This document shows, piece after piece, positions 10,065-21,100 of a stretch of 53,608 nucleotides of DNA. Position numbers and translations under genes: made by a program. Under the pieces are notes generated by a model that made no database searches, was not told where the DNA came from, and saw only the letters and a list, made by a program, of their open reading frames with translations. This DNA comes from an uncultured Rhodobacterales bacterium (lineage in GTDB: Bacteria > Pseudomonadota > Alphaproteobacteria > Rhodobacterales > Rhodobacteraceae), in contig CAWUIW010000001.1 in NCBI GenBank assembly GCA_963922515.1, positions 1 through 53,608 on the forward strand, given 5' to 3'. How positions within the stretch are numbered: position 1 is the stretch's first letter; every line of letters starts with the position of its first letter.

Positions 10065-10246
10065 CGGATCCGCAGGCTCCGTATGACCGACACATGCTGG
10101 AAGCCCTGATTTGCCCCGTGACGCATGGCACATTGCGCTACGACCACGAACGCCAAGAGCTTTTGTCAACCGCGGCCAAGCTGGCGTTTCCCATTCGAAA
10201 TGGCATTCCGGTGCTGCTAGTGGACGAGGCGCGTCAGATTGATTGA
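10061..10246 (+). CDS. Trm112/YcaR-family small protein
   Basis: 61 aa with [13 protein letters not shown]...[14 protein letters not shown]. The start overlaps the previous stop (ATGA). Confidence 0.8.
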   Translation: MTDPQAPYDRHMLEALICPVTHGTLRYDHERQELLSTAAKLAFPIRNGIPVLLVDEARQID

Positions 10247-10249
10247 CCG

Positions 10250-11512
10250 CTAAAGCGGCCGCCCTTGCATCAAAACGGGGACATCACCTGTCAACCCTGC
10301 CGCTTCTCGGATGAAGCCGCGGCGCAAGCCTGGCACGGCATTCACAATGCCCATGCCAAGGTCACGCCCAGCTCGAAGCAAAGGGTTATCGTTTGAAAAC
10401 AGCCTGTTAAACGTGTCGGTGGCCAATGCCAGAGTGGCGGTGTCAAACCGGCGCCACTGTTGGTAGCGATGTAGGACATCCGGTGCGCCAAAATCTTCTC
10501 CGCGTCGACTGGCGCTGGCAACTGTTTCGGCCAAGGCTGCAATATCGCGTAGACCTGCGTTAAGCCCTTGGCCGGCAATTGGATGAATGCCATGCGCGGC
10601 ATCGCCAACAAGTGCCACCCTATCGGCCACGAAACTGTTCGCCAGAGACAGCCCCAGTGGATAGCTGAAGCGAATGCCGGCCAGGCGGATTTCGCCTAGG
10701 AAATCTCCGAAACGTGGGCGCAATGCATCGAGGAAGGCGTCGTCCGGCAGTCTAGACAGTGTTTCTGCAAGTTCCTTGCGTTCCGACCAGACAATGGACG
10801 ATCTGTTTTCCGTCAAGGGCAGGATTGCCAGCGGTCCACCCGGCGTGAAAAACTGATGCGCCACGCCCATATGCGGCTTTTCATGCTCGACTGCGCAAAC
10901 AAGAGCCAACTGGTCATAGCCCCATGCCATTCGCCCGATCCCGGCGCGCGCCGCCGTTTGGCTTCCACGGCCATCTGCCCCTACAAGCAGCGCTGCGCTG
11001 ATGACCTGTCCGTCGTCTAAAGTTACTGAAACGCCTGATTTTTCAGAAGCCTGTGCGGAAACTGTACGACCAGCGATATGCGTAATAGCGCTTTCCTCGG
11101 CCAGCATATCCAGCAAAGCTCGCCGCAAGTGCCGGTCTTCAACCATATAGCCCATGGGGCCTTCTTCGATTTCGGCATGATTGAAGTGCATGAAGAATGG
11201 TGAAGGCCCACGGCCCACCTTGCCGTCGGTGACCTTGATCTCCAGCATCGGCTGCGCCACGTCTGATACATGGTTCCAGATGCCCAACGCAGACAGCAGC
11301 CGCTGCGAGGTCAGCGCCAAGGCATAGGCCCGCCCATCAAACCCGGCATCGCGGCGGACAGGTTCGGCGATCGCGTCGACGACCGTCACGTTTTGCCCGA
11401 TCGAAGCAAGTGCCAAGGCCAGCACAGAGCCGTTCAGCCCGCCGCCAACAATAATCGTATCACAGGTTGCATCCATGGGCGGGAATATGGGGGGTGTTCT
11501 GGGATTGTCCAT
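10250..11512 (-). CDS. UbiH/UbiF/COQ6-family FAD-dependent ubiquinone hydroxylase
   Basis: TIIVGGGLNGSVLALALA dinucleotide fold and GDAAHGIHPIAGQGLN. The start is uncertain; the alternatives are 11476 and 11584. Confidence 0.85.
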   Translation of the reverse strand: MDNPRTPPIFPPMDATCDTIIVGGGLNGSVLALALASIGQNVTVVDAIAEPVRRDAGFDGRAYALALTSQRLLSALGIWNHVSDVAQPMLEIKVTDGKVGRGPSPFFMHFNHAEIEEGPMGYMVEDRHLRRALLDMLAEESAITHIAGRTVSAQASEKSGVSVTLDDGQVISAALLVGADGRGSQTAARAGIGRMAWGYDQLALVCAVEHEKPHMGVAHQFFTPGGPLAILPLTENRSSIVWSERKELAETLSRLPDDAFLDALRPRFGDFLGEIRLAGIRFSYPLGLSLANSFVADRVALVGDAAHGIHPIAGQGLNAGLRDIAALAETVASASRRGEDFGAPDVLHRYQQWRRFDTATLALATDTFNRLFSNDNPLLRAGRDLGMGIVNAVPGLRRGFIREAAGLTGDVPVLMQGRPL

Positions 11513-11565
11513 GCGCGATCCCGTCGCTACGGTCGGGCGCGCAGGGTAGGAATACGAGGTGCAGG

Positions 11566-12894
11566 ATGCAGGGTTGGTTGACATGTTCGGCAGCAGAATT
11601 GGGCCGGGGCATCGAGGCGGGCGACATTGATCCGGTCGAATTGACCCAAGTCTACCTTGATGCGATCGAAAACCACCCTCTGCGGGACCGCATTTACGCC
11701 CGCGTTACATCTGACCGTGCGCTGGCCGAAGCCGAAGCCGCCCGTGCGCGAGCCGCTTCGGGACGGCGCCTGTCCGCGCTGGACGGTGTGCCGGTTAGTT
11801 GGAAAGACCTGTTTGATACGGCGGGCGTTGCGACAGAAGCAGGCTCAGCCTTACTGAAGGACCGCGTGCCTGACACGGACGCGCAGGTTGTGGCGAACGC
11901 CACGGCGAGGGGGACTGTTTGTCTGGGCAAAACGCATCTTAGTGAATTTGCGTTTTCTGGCCTTGGTTACAACCCGATGACGGCCACGCCGCCGAATGTA
12001 AATGACGCTGACGCTGTGCCGGGCGGGTCGTCTTCCGGCGCCGCGGCATCTGTGGCCTTTGACGTGGCGCCTATTGCGGTCGGGTCCGATACTGCTGGTT
12101 CTGTTCGCATTCCAGCGGCTTGGAACAACCTTGTCGGGCTCAAAACAACCGCTGGCCGTGTGTCGCTGCACGGCACGGTACCGCTGTGCCCCAAGTTTGA
12201 CACGGTCGGCCCTCTCGCGCGCACGGTCGAAGACGCGGCGTTGATGCTGGCCGCGCTGGAAGGCACGCAAGCGACCGATTTGCGCGGGGCGACGCTGGAC
12301 AACATGCGGTTTGCGGTTCTGAAAACCGTCGCCATGGACGATTTGCGCGACGCCCCCAAAGACGCGTTTCAAGGCGCAGTGGACTTGCTGGCCCAACAAG
12401 GGGCAAAGGTCGAAACACTAGAAATACCTCAAATTGCTGAAGCGACTGGCTTGTCTGGCCTTCTTTACACAAGCGAAGCCTATGGGCAGTGGAAACAACT
12501 GATCGAAGCGGCACCGCACAAGATGTTTGCCGAGATTCTTGAGCGGTTCCGGGGCGGCAAAGACCACTTGGCGTCGGACTACATCGCCGCGTGGGCTCGT
12601 CTGCACGAGATCCGCGCGATCTATGCGGCGTCCACAGCGGAGTATTCGGCCGTTTTGCTGCCGACGTCTGCCATTCTGCCGCCCAATATTGACCGGCTGA
12701 AAACCGACCATGATTACTATGTCACCGAAAACTTGCTGGCTTTGCGGAACACGCGCATTGGCAATCTCATGGGGCTGGCCGCGTTGTCTGTGCCAACGGG
12801 CGTCGCAGGGTGTGGGCTGATGATCATGACGCCACCGAACAGCGAAGAACGACTGTTGAGAATCGGCGCGGCCGTTGAAAAGGCATTGGCCTAA
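11566..12894 (+). CDS. Amidase-signature family protein
   Basis: GGSSSGAAASVA and SWKDLFD motifs. The ATG at 11566 is preceded by GAGGTG. Confidence 0.85.
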   Translation: MQGWLTCSAAELGRGIEAGDIDPVELTQVYLDAIENHPLRDRIYARVTSDRALAEAEAARARAASGRRLSALDGVPVSWKDLFDTAGVATEAGSALLKDRVPDTDAQVVANATARGTVCLGKTHLSEFAFSGLGYNPMTATPPNVNDADAVPGGSSSGAAASVAFDVAPIAVGSDTAGSVRIPAAWNNLVGLKTTAGRVSLHGTVPLCPKFDTVGPLARTVEDAALMLAALEGTQATDLRGATLDNMRFAVLKTVAMDDLRDAPKDAFQGAVDLLAQQGAKVETLEIPQIAEATGLSGLLYTSEAYGQWKQLIEAAPHKMFAEILERFRGGKDHLASDYIAAWARLHEIRAIYAASTAEYSAVLLPTSAILPPNIDRLKTDHDYYVTENLLALRNTRIGNLMGLAALSVPTGVAGCGLMIMTPPNSEERLLRIGAAVEKALA

Positions 12895-13001
12895 AAACAA
12901 CAAAACTGTGCTGAACAAAGGCTTTGTCTGGACGCAGCGCCCTTGCCGATGTAATTTTCTGCCAACGGGGCAATAACGATCCCAAACCTGAGGCAGTTTT
13001 G

Positions 13002-14183
13002 ATGATGTTTCCCGAGCGGTTTTCGAACCTTCCGGCTTATGCGTTTCCACGTCTGCGTGCGTTGTTGGATCATCACGCGCCCGGCGGTGAAATGGTGCAT
13101 ATGACCATCGGCGAGCCGAAACATGCCTTTCCGGCATGGATCACGGACGTGATTGTCGAGAATGCCGCGCTGTTCAACAATTACCCACAAAACGAGGGCA
13201 CGCACGAATTGCGCGCCGCGGCGTCCGCATGGTTGCAACGGCGCTACGGCGTAGCCGTCGATCCCGAGACCCGCATTATGGCGCTGAACGGTACCCGCGA
13301 AGGTCTTTATAACGCAGCCATGGCCCTTTGCCCGGAAACCAAGTCCAGTGCGCGTCCTGCCATCTTGTGCCCGAACCCGTTTTACCAAGTGTACATGGTT
13401 GCTTCGTTGTCTGTTGGTGCCGAGCCGGTTTTTGTACCTGCAACAGCGGATACCGGGCATTTGCCGGATTACTGCGGCTTGCCAAAGGATGTTTTGAACC
13501 GGACCACGCTGGCTTACATCTGCTCGCCAGCCAACCCGCAGGGCGCGGTTGCCAGCCATGATTATTGGGCCCAGCTTATTCAATTGGCCGAACAGTACGA
13601 TTTCCGGATTCTTGCAGATGAATGCTATTCCGAAATCTACCGCGACGCCGCGCCGACGGGCGCGCTGGAGGTTGCGGCAGAGCTTGGCGCCGACCCAGAG
13701 CGTGTCACCGTTTTCCATTCGCTCTCAAAACGGTCCAATCTGCCCGGTTTGCGGTCTGGTTTCGTGGCTACTGGCCCGGAAAGTATGTCCCATATGCGCC
13801 AGTTGCGCACATATTCCGGTGCGCCGTTGTCGCCGCCGCTGCAAGCGGCTGCAGCCGCGGTTTGGTCCGACGAGGCGCATGTCGTCGAGAACAGGAAACT
13901 CTACGCGGAAAAATATGACATCGCCGATGCGGTTTTGGCTGATGTGCCGGGTTACGTTGCACCTGAAGCTGGATTCTTTTTGTGGTTGCCGGTCGACGAT
14001 GGCGAAGCAGCAGCTTTGAAGCTTTGGCAGGACACCGGCGTTAGGGTGCTGCCGGGGGCCTACCTGTCGCAAGGTGAACCGGGGCAAAACCCCGGCGAAA
14101 AATACATTCGGGTCGCGATGGTGGCCCCAAAAGACGACATGCAGCGCGGCATGATGCAGGTGCGCGACTGTCTGTACGGATAA
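13002..14183 (+). CDS. Class I/II PLP aminotransferase (succinyldiaminopimelate-transaminase-like)
   Basis: N-terminal FSNLPAYAFPRLRALL, and the HSLSKRSNLPGLRSG PLP-lysine block. Confidence 0.8.
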   Translation: MMFPERFSNLPAYAFPRLRALLDHHAPGGEMVHMTIGEPKHAFPAWITDVIVENAALFNNYPQNEGTHELRAAASAWLQRRYGVAVDPETRIMALNGTREGLYNAAMALCPETKSSARPAILCPNPFYQVYMVASLSVGAEPVFVPATADTGHLPDYCGLPKDVLNRTTLAYICSPANPQGAVASHDYWAQLIQLAEQYDFRILADECYSEIYRDAAPTGALEVAAELGADPERVTVFHSLSKRSNLPGLRSGFVATGPESMSHMRQLRTYSGAPLSPPLQAAAAAVWSDEAHVVENRKLYAEKYDIADAVLADVPGYVAPEAGFFLWLPVDDGEAAALKLWQDTGVRVLPGAYLSQGEPGQNPGEKYIRVAMVAPKDDMQRGMMQVRDCLYG

Positions 14184-14199
14184 GAAAAGAGGTTAGGGC

Positions 14200-16986
14200 A
14201 TGGCGTATCAGGCAAGAGGCCGCGATCCACTTTTGGACAGCAAAATGCAGGCCGCCATTGAACGACGGGGCAAAGAGCTGATCGGGTTGGTGCTGATCGC
14301 GCTTGGTGTGATGTCCGCGGCCATGATCTGGTCCTACACGCCCGATGACCCAAATTTCATGGTGTCCACGGACGCGCCCGTTCAGAATTGGATGGGGCGG
14401 ATCGGCGCGTCTATTGCTGCACCTTTGTTCATGATCATTGGTTGGGGCAGTTGGGGATTGGCGCTTGTCTTTCTTGTCTGGGGCGGACGCTTCGCTTTTC
14501 ACTATGGCGAAGAACGTGCGATTGGCCGTTTGATCTTTGTACCGATCGCGATTGCCTTCGGTTCGATTTACTGCGCGACCTTGGTACCGGGCGACGCCTG
14601 GCGGGCCACCCACAGCTTTGGCTTGGGGGGGCTGTTCGGAGATACCGTCATGGGCGCCTTGCTGACCCTTTTGCCACTTGGGTCGGCTATATCAGTCAAG
14701 GCGATGTCGCTTCTCATGGCGATTGGCGTGCTTCTGCTTGGGGCATTCGTGCTGGGCTTCACCCGGCCTGAAATCGGGCGTGCTATTCGGTTTTCAGGCA
14801 TTGGTGTCGTCATGATTTATGCCGGTGTGATGACCGTCTTGGGGCGCAGCGCATCTGGCGCGGCGGCCCTGGCGCGCCAGCATCACGAAAACCGTACCAT
14901 TCGCAAAGCCGAGCGAGCCGCTGCAGCCGAAGAGCAGGGCGCAAACGAGCTTGTTGAAGAACCACTGCAACATCAACCTGACCCGGCCTTGCCGGAGCGA
15001 GCCCCCGGATTTTTGGCGCGCATGCCGGCGTTGATCAAACGGCCTGAACCATTGCCTGAGCCTGAATTGGTAGAACCGTTTCCTCCCGGGGTTGAGGACA
15101 TGCCAGCACCTGGAGAGGATCGCATCCGCGCCAAGATTGCGGATGTGATACGCTCGCGAAAGTCGTCGACCGAAACCGAGCTGCCGCCTGCGGCTGAATT
15201 GGAGCCGGAGCCGGTTTTGACACGCGGACTGGGTCGTCGTCCTGACCCGCTTGTTTTGAACCCAGAACCAATCGGCGACGCGCTGCCACCAGAACCCCCG
15301 GTCACAGCGCAAGCGCCCTCGGTTTTACCGCTTGAAGAGGCAACGCAGCGCCCGCAGCTCCCAATCGCCGAGCCAAAGAAAGTTGTGCAAAACCCGGCGC
15401 GCAAAGCCCCGGTTCCGTCCCAGCGTGCAAAGGCCGAAGTTCAACCCTCTTTGGCGCTTGAACCCGAAACCGTCGCTTTTGAACTGCCGCCGCTAAACCT
15501 GCTGACCAACCCCGTCGAAATCTCGCGGCATCACCTAAGTGACGACGCACTCGAGGAAAACGCCCGCATGCTGGAAAACGTGCTGGATGACTACGGCGTG
15601 AAAGGCGAAATCGTAAGCGTGCGCCCAGGACCCGTTGTAACAATGTACGAGCTGGAACCAGCGCCAGGCCTAAAGGCAAGCCGCGTGATCGGATTGGCCG
15701 ACGATATTGCCCGATCCATGTCGGCTTTGTCGGCGCGTGTCAGCACCGTGCCCGGGCGGTCGGTGATCGGCATCGAACTGCCAAACGAAAACCGCGAAAA
15801 AGTTGTTTTGCGAGAAATCCTAGCGGCGCGTGATTTTGGGGATAGCAACATGAGCCTGCCGCTGGCCTTGGGTAAAGATATCGGTGGCGACGCCGTTGTC
15901 GCAAACTTGGCCAAGATGCCTCATCTGCTGATCGCCGGGACGACCGGCTCGGGGAAATCCGTCGCGATCAATACAATGATCTTGTCGCTGCTCTACAAGC
16001 TGACGCCCGAAGAGTGCCGGTTGATCATGATTGACCCAAAAATGTTGGAACTGTCTGTTTATGACGGCATTCCACACCTTCTCAGCCCCGTTGTGACGGA
16101 TCCGAAGAAAGCGGTCGTCGCCCTGAAATGGGTCGTTGGAGAAATGGAAGAGCGCTACCGCAAAATGTCGAAAATGGGTGTGCGCAACATCGAAGGGTAC
16201 AACAGTCGCGTGCGCGAAGCGCTGGACAAAGGCGAAATGTTCTCGCGCACGGTGCAAACCGGGTTTGACGATGAAACCGGGGATCCGATCTTCGAAACGG
16301 AAGAAATCCAACCGGTCAAGCTGCCTTATATTGTCGTCGTCGTCGACGAAATGGCAGACCTGATGATGGTAGCGGGCAAAGAGATCGAGGCTTGTATCCA
16401 GCGCTTGGCCCAGATGGCGCGGGCCTCGGGTATCCACCTGATCATGGCAACACAGCGTCCATCGGTCGACGTTATCACGGGTACGATCAAGGCGAATTTC
16501 CCAACCCGTATTTCATTTCAGGTGACATCTAAGGTCGACAGCCGCACCATCCTTGGCGAGATGGGCGCCGAACAGCTACTGGGCATGGGGGACATGTTGT
16601 ACATGGCCGGGGGCGCCAAGATCATTCGGTGCCATGGTCCCTTTGTGTCCGACGAGGAAGTAGAAGAAATCGTCAATCACCTTAAAGCCTTTGGTCCGCC
16701 GGATTATGTGGGTGGTGTTGTCGAAGGGCCGGACGAGGAAAAGTCCGACAATATTGATGCTGTCTTGGGCCTTGGCGGCAACACGGATGGTGAGGATGCG
16801 CTGTACGATCAGGCCGTTGCCATCGTGATCAAGGATCGCAAATGCTCGACCTCTTACATTCAGCGCAAGCTGGCCATCGGCTACAACAAGGCTGCACGCC
16901 TGGTTGAGCAAATGGAAGACGAAGGTCTGGTGTCATCCGCCAATCATGTCGGCAAACGCGAAATCCTTGTGCCAGAACAACAGTAG
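14200..16986 (+). CDS. ftsK: DNA translocase FtsK
   Basis: N-terminal TM helices, a Pro-rich linker, Walker [21 protein letters not shown], and a C-terminal gamma winged helix ([21 protein letters not shown]). Confidence 0.95.
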   Translation: MAYQARGRDPLLDSKMQAAIERRGKELIGLVLIALGVMSAAMIWSYTPDDPNFMVSTDAPVQNWMGRIGASIAAPLFMIIGWGSWGLALVFLVWGGRFAFHYGEERAIGRLIFVPIAIAFGSIYCATLVPGDAWRATHSFGLGGLFGDTVMGALLTLLPLGSAISVKAMSLLMAIGVLLLGAFVLGFTRPEIGRAIRFSGIGVVMIYAGVMTVLGRSASGAAALARQHHENRTIRKAERAAAAEEQGANELVEEPLQHQPDPALPERAPGFLARMPALIKRPEPLPEPELVEPFPPGVEDMPAPGEDRIRAKIADVIRSRKSSTETELPPAAELEPEPVLTRGLGRRPDPLVLNPEPIGDALPPEPPVTAQAPSVLPLEEATQRPQLPIAEPKKVVQNPARKAPVPSQRAKAEVQPSLALEPETVAFELPPLNLLTNPVEISRHHLSDDALEENARMLENVLDDYGVKGEIVSVRPGPVVTMYELEPAPGLKASRVIGLADDIARSMSALSARVSTVPGRSVIGIELPNENREKVVLREILAARDFGDSNMSLPLALGKDIGGDAVVANLAKMPHLLIAGTTGSGKSVAINTMILSLLYKLTPEECRLIMIDPKMLELSVYDGIPHLLSPVVTDPKKAVVALKWVVGEMEERYRKMSKMGVRNIEGYNSRVREALDKGEMFSRTVQTGFDDETGDPIFETEEIQPVKLPYIVVVVDEMADLMMVAGKEIEACIQRLAQMARASGIHLIMATQRPSVDVITGTIKANFPTRISFQVTSKVDSRTILGEMGAEQLLGMGDMLYMAGGAKIIRCHGPFVSDEEVEEIVNHLKAFGPPDYVGGVVEGPDEEKSDNIDAVLGLGGNTDGEDALYDQAVAIVIKDRKCSTSYIQRKLAIGYNKAARLVEQMEDEGLVSSANHVGKREILVPEQQ

Positions 16987-17061
16987 CCTGATCGAGTGGA
17001 ATTGAGCGAGTTTGATGCTGGCGACGGTGGCAATCGGCGCATCTGTTCATATGTTGAAATC

Positions 17062-17649
17062 ATGAAAACACTTGTCACCGTCTTTGCCATTTTGATGTGT
17101 GCGGCCCCGGCTTATGCGGCCGAGAAGCTCTCGCTCACCGAGATTTCGGCTTACTTGAATGATCTGTCGTCGGCGCAAGGTACGTTCACCCAGATCAATG
17201 ATGATGGCAGCCTGTCGACCGGAGCCTTGATGATCAAGCGGCCCGGCAAAATGCGCTTTGAGTATGATCCGCCGGATGCAGCGCTCGTCGTTGCGGGGGC
17301 CGGCGCCGTTGCCATTTTTGATAAGAAATCCAACCAGCCGCCCGACACCTACCCTTTGAACCAAACCCCGCTGTCGATCATATTGGCGCGAAACGTCAAC
17401 CTAGAAGCCGCGAACATGGTTGTGGGACACGCGTTCGACGGAACCTCAACACAGGTGGTCGCTCAGGACCCCAAGCACCCTGAATTTGGCCGCATCGAAC
17501 TGTCGTTTACGGACAGCCCGGTGGAGTTGCGCAAATGGGTTGTCTTCGACGCGCATGGCGGTCAAACCACGGTTATTCTTGGTGCATTGGAAACAGGTGT
17601 TGCTCTGCCAGACCGGCTGTTTTCGACAACCGCGCAAAACGACCGGTGA
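17062..17649 (+). CDS. lolA: Outer-membrane lipoprotein carrier LolA-like protein
   Basis: Signal peptide MKTLVTVFAILMCAAPAYA, then GTFTQ...MIKRPGKMRFEY. It occupies the conserved position after ftsK. Confidence 0.8.
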   Translation: MKTLVTVFAILMCAAPAYAAEKLSLTEISAYLNDLSSAQGTFTQINDDGSLSTGALMIKRPGKMRFEYDPPDAALVVAGAGAVAIFDKKSNQPPDTYPLNQTPLSIILARNVNLEAANMVVGHAFDGTSTQVVAQDPKHPEFGRIELSFTDSPVELRKWVVFDAHGGQTTVILGALETGVALPDRLFSTTAQNDR

Positions 17650-18243
17650 TCAGCGCCGCAGTTTGCGGCAACCGATCAACTGGCTTTCATACATGTCAGC
17701 GCGCGCGTCGACCTGCGCCGACACCCGCAACAACCAAGACTTGCTTTTGTAACTGCAACGCGCGTAGCCGCTGTGTCCTTCGTGGTAGGCGAGGTATTGG
17801 TTGCGCGCATCATCAAGCCGGATGCCGTTGCGCGCGCGGCTCTGGTTCATGTACCAGCCCATGAAATCGCTGGCGTCACGGATCTTGGTGCGTTTCGCGC
17901 TGCGGTTTCCCGTTGCCTTGCGATAATCATCCCATGTGCCGTCCAGCGCCTGGGCATATCCATAGGCGCTGCTTTGTCGCCCCATCGGGATCACACCCAT
18001 CACATAGCGGTACGGGGTCCGGGCATCTGCGTCAAAGCGGCTTTCTTGATAGATTGTTGCCATTTGCACCGGGACCGGCACACCCCATTTCTTTTCCGTT
18101 GCCTTGAAGGCTTTCAGATACTGGGGACGCTGCGCAACGATGCTACAGGCATTATCCAAGTTGCGGGGCGGCGACTTGGAACCCACGCTACACGATCCCA
18201 AAACAACCAAAAGCAACATGCCTGCTAGCATGGATGGTTTCAT
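17650..18243 (-). CDS. Lytic transglycosylase (SLT-domain) lipoprotein
   Basis: Lipobox VLGSC after the ATG at 18243. IYQESRF catalytic Glu-Ser block and YGYAQALDGTW. Confidence 0.75.
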   Translation of the reverse strand: MKPSMLAGMLLLVVLGSCSVGSKSPPRNLDNACSIVAQRPQYLKAFKATEKKWGVPVPVQMATIYQESRFDADARTPYRYVMGVIPMGRQSSAYGYAQALDGTWDDYRKATGNRSAKRTKIRDASDFMGWYMNQSRARNGIRLDDARNQYLAYHEGHSGYARCSYKSKSWLLRVSAQVDARADMYESQLIGCRKLRR

Positions 18244-18463
18244 GACTGCTCTGCCTTTTTTTGGGTAATTTACCGTAAATGCGAGCCGGTACAAATCACA
18301 TTTCTCGCAGGTCCGCATTTGAAGGATGTATCAGTTGAGTCGACGGAACACTCAATCGCCATGGAACTGTCAAGCCCCTGTTCACAAACTGTTTCTTCAA
18401 TTTTGTCCGCAAGTGTTGGACAAGCAATGGCTGTTCGGCGTAAAACCCAGCGTCAGGGGTTGA

Positions 18464-18799
18464 ATGTTACTTATGTTGACGACGCGCGCGAAATATCATC
18501 TGGGCCAGATTGTTCGGCATCGCAAACATCCGTTTCGCGGTGTTGTTTTTGATGTGGACCCGGAATTTGCCAACACTGAAGAATGGTACGAAGCGATCCC
18601 GGAAGACAGCCGTCCCGTAAAGGATCAACCATTCTACCATCTGTTGGCCGAAAACGATCAAACCTATTACGTTGCCTATGTTTCAGAGCAGAACCTGATC
18701 GCAGACTATTCGGGCGAGCCAGTGGATCACCCGGATATCTCTGACATGTTCGGTGCGTTTCAAGATGGCAGCTACAGCCTGCACTTCCAACTGAACTAG
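18464..18799 (+). CDS. hspQ: Heat-shock protein HspQ (hemimethylated-DNA-binding YccV family)
   Basis: Contains YHLGQIVRHRKHPFRGVVFDVDPEF...PFYHLL. Confidence 0.8.
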   Translation: MLLMLTTRAKYHLGQIVRHRKHPFRGVVFDVDPEFANTEEWYEAIPEDSRPVKDQPFYHLLAENDQTYYVAYVSEQNLIADYSGEPVDHPDISDMFGAFQDGSYSLHFQLN

Positions 18800-20373
18800 T
18801 ACCCCAGCGCGCAGCCATCCTTGCGCGGATCGCTGGCGCCAACCAGCAAACCCGACCGTTCGATTCCAATCGCTTGCGCGCCGCCAATTGGCGTTTCTGG
18901 AACAACAACGGCATGACCCATATCGGTCAATTCTTGCCGGACTTCATCAGTGTACCCTCGCTCCACCTTAAGCGTCCCGGCGTCGCTGAACGCGCGTGGG
19001 GCGTCGATGGCATCTTGCGGCGCCAAGCCGAAATCGATCAGGTTGCTGACGAACCGGGCATGTCCATTTGGCTGATACGCGCCGCCCATCACGCCAAATG
19101 GCATGGCCACGTCCCCATCCTTTTTCAACATCGCCGGGATGATCGTATGCATTGGCCTTTTCCCGGCGCCGTACTCGTTCGGGTGCCCTTGCGCCAAGGT
19201 GAAACCAGCCCCGCGGTTTTGGAACAGAACACCGAATCGTTCGCTGGCAATGCCGGACCCAAACCCATTGAAAATCGAGTAGATCAGTGACACGGCCATA
19301 CGGTCGCGATCGACGACAGTGATATAGATGGTGTCCTTGTGCACTGCTTCCGAAATCGCATCTGGCGCCGACATCGCCCGGTCCGGTCGGATCAGGGCGG
19401 CGAGGTTTTTGGCCGTTTCCTTGGACAACATGTGGTCCAGCCGCGTCGTATGATCCGGGTCCGCGATGAACCTGTTGCGGGCATCATAGGCCAGCTTCGC
19501 GGCTTCGGATTCAATATGCACGCGCTCCGCCCCCCATGGATCCATGCCCGACACGTCGAATTCCGCGAGGATGTTAAGCATCAAAATGGCCGTCGCGCCT
19601 TGTCCATTCGGGGGGTGCTCGACCAATTCGGTTCCAAAATAGGTACCGGCGACCGGATCCACCTCATCCGCGCGCACGGACGCAAAGTCCTCTAGGCTGT
19701 GCACGCCGCCTGCCGCTGTCAGCGACGCCACCATGTCCTCGGCCACCTCGCCGGAATAGAAACCCTCGCGCCCATCCTTTGCTATGCGGCGCAGCACTTC
19801 GGCTTGTCCGGGCGCGCGAAAGATATGCCCTTCTTGTGGGACCACGCCGCCGGGCAAATAGTAGGACAAAGCAGCGCCTTTCAGGATTTCTGCGTCCCTT
19901 GACCAATCAAACGCAACGCGGGCGGCAACTGGAACGCCCGCCTCGGCGTAGTGGATCGACGGCGCCAAAATCGCATCCAATCCGATTTTACCTTCCGTAT
20001 CTGACAGACGGCAAAACGCATCGACTGCGCCCGGAATAGTGACGGACTCTACCCCGCCAACCGGCACTGCTGCCAAACCTGCCGCACGCATTGCATTCGG
20101 GTTTGCCCCGGAAGGCGCCCGCCCCGATCCGTTCACCGCGCGAACCTGATTTTCGCCTGCCCGCGTGTAAAGGACAAAGCAATCGCCACCAATTCCGGTC
20201 ATCTGAGGCTCGCAAAGCCCCAAAAGCACTGCGCCAGAGATCGCGGCATCCATCGCGTTACCGCCGCGTTTGAGGATATCCAATGCGGTCTGAGCGGCCA
20301 ATGGATGCGAAGTTGCTACCATCCCGTTTTCTGCCCAAACCGCTGATCTTCCCGGCAAATGCAAATCGCGCAT
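18796..20373 (-). CDS. ggt: Gamma-glutamyltransferase family protein (no signal peptide seen)
   Basis: Begins MRDLHLPGRSAVWAENGMVATSHPLAAQ and contains GGNAMDAA, DTIYITVVD (catalytic Thr region) and MGGAYQPNG. The ATG at 20373 is preceded by GGAAGGA. Confidence 0.85.
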   Translation of the reverse strand: MRDLHLPGRSAVWAENGMVATSHPLAAQTALDILKRGGNAMDAAISGAVLLGLCEPQMTGIGGDCFVLYTRAGENQVRAVNGSGRAPSGANPNAMRAAGLAAVPVGGVESVTIPGAVDAFCRLSDTEGKIGLDAILAPSIHYAEAGVPVAARVAFDWSRDAEILKGAALSYYLPGGVVPQEGHIFRAPGQAEVLRRIAKDGREGFYSGEVAEDMVASLTAAGGVHSLEDFASVRADEVDPVAGTYFGTELVEHPPNGQGATAILMLNILAEFDVSGMDPWGAERVHIESEAAKLAYDARNRFIADPDHTTRLDHMLSKETAKNLAALIRPDRAMSAPDAISEAVHKDTIYITVVDRDRMAVSLIYSIFNGFGSGIASERFGVLFQNRGAGFTLAQGHPNEYGAGKRPMHTIIPAMLKKDGDVAMPFGVMGGAYQPNGHARFVSNLIDFGLAPQDAIDAPRAFSDAGTLKVERGYTDEVRQELTDMGHAVVVPETPIGGAQAIGIERSGLLVGASDPRKDGCALGY

Positions 20374-20622
20374 GGTGTCTTCCTTCCGTCTTACTGCCGG
20401 GAACGCTAGTGCGCCAAAAGCAAAAAGCCAATGCACTGACGCCGGAAGGAAGGCTTGCGAAGACTTGTAGTCTTGCAAAGGCCTCGGCACCGCGCACTGG
20501 GTGGGGGCTGAAAAACGCGGCGCCGAGGGAAGCCATATGCAGCTACACGCTTGGTATGGTCGCGTTTTCAGGCACGAGTGCGGAGTGATTGTGGCCCTTT
20601 TGGGGCGGGTGACGTTTTGCGC

Positions 20623-21096
20623 TCAGTCGAGGGCCAGCAACATCGTCAGATAATTCATACCGTTCCGCCGCGTATATCGCAACGCTTTCACCAGATTTCG
20701 GATCAGGTACCAGCCAAAGCCGCCCTCGGGCAGATGAGCGCGCTCTACATCAAGGTTTGCTGCGTGACCCGATGGTAACCGCAGATTTGGAAAAGCGGCG
20801 CCGTTGTCGCGCAAACACACAACCAGCTGCCCCCGATGGCCGCGTGCAGCCAAGGTAATCCGACCGCTTGCTTTGCCGGCAACGGCATGCTCCACCACAT
20901 TGTTCAAGGCTTCAGTCAAAGCAATTTCGACGCGTGTACAGGCCTCTGGGCTTACACCGGCCTTGCGCAAGGACGTCATCAGCGATGTCATCGTCTGGCG
21001 CACGCCCAATGCAGAATTTTCAACATCAAACCGCAGGGTTGTCAGAGGCACTGCAACCGGCTTCTTCTGATCTGCGCGTTCGATACTCTGGTTCAT
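20623..21096 (-). CDS. Anti-sigma regulatory factor-type Ser/Thr kinase (RsbW/SpoIIAB-like HATPase)
   Basis: N-box EALNNVVEHA and G-box LPEGGFGWYLI. The start is uncertain; 21096, 21129 and 21132 are all possible. Confidence 0.75.
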   Translation of the reverse strand: MNQSIERADQKKPVAVPLTTLRFDVENSALGVRQTMTSLMTSLRKAGVSPEACTRVEIALTEALNNVVEHAVAGKASGRITLAARGHRGQLVVCLRDNGAAFPNLRLPSGHAANLDVERAHLPEGGFGWYLIRNLVKALRYTRRNGMNYLTMLLALD

Positions 21097-21100
21097 GCCA

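Noticed and set aside
17647-17652. Convergent genes with abutting or overlapping stops: lolA/SLT as TGATCA here, hspQ/ggt as CTAG at 18796-18799, and rarD/SnoaL at 33864-33871
   Set aside because: These are real features of the sequence, but compact convergent ends are common in dense genomes. I see no associated structure or evidence of function.
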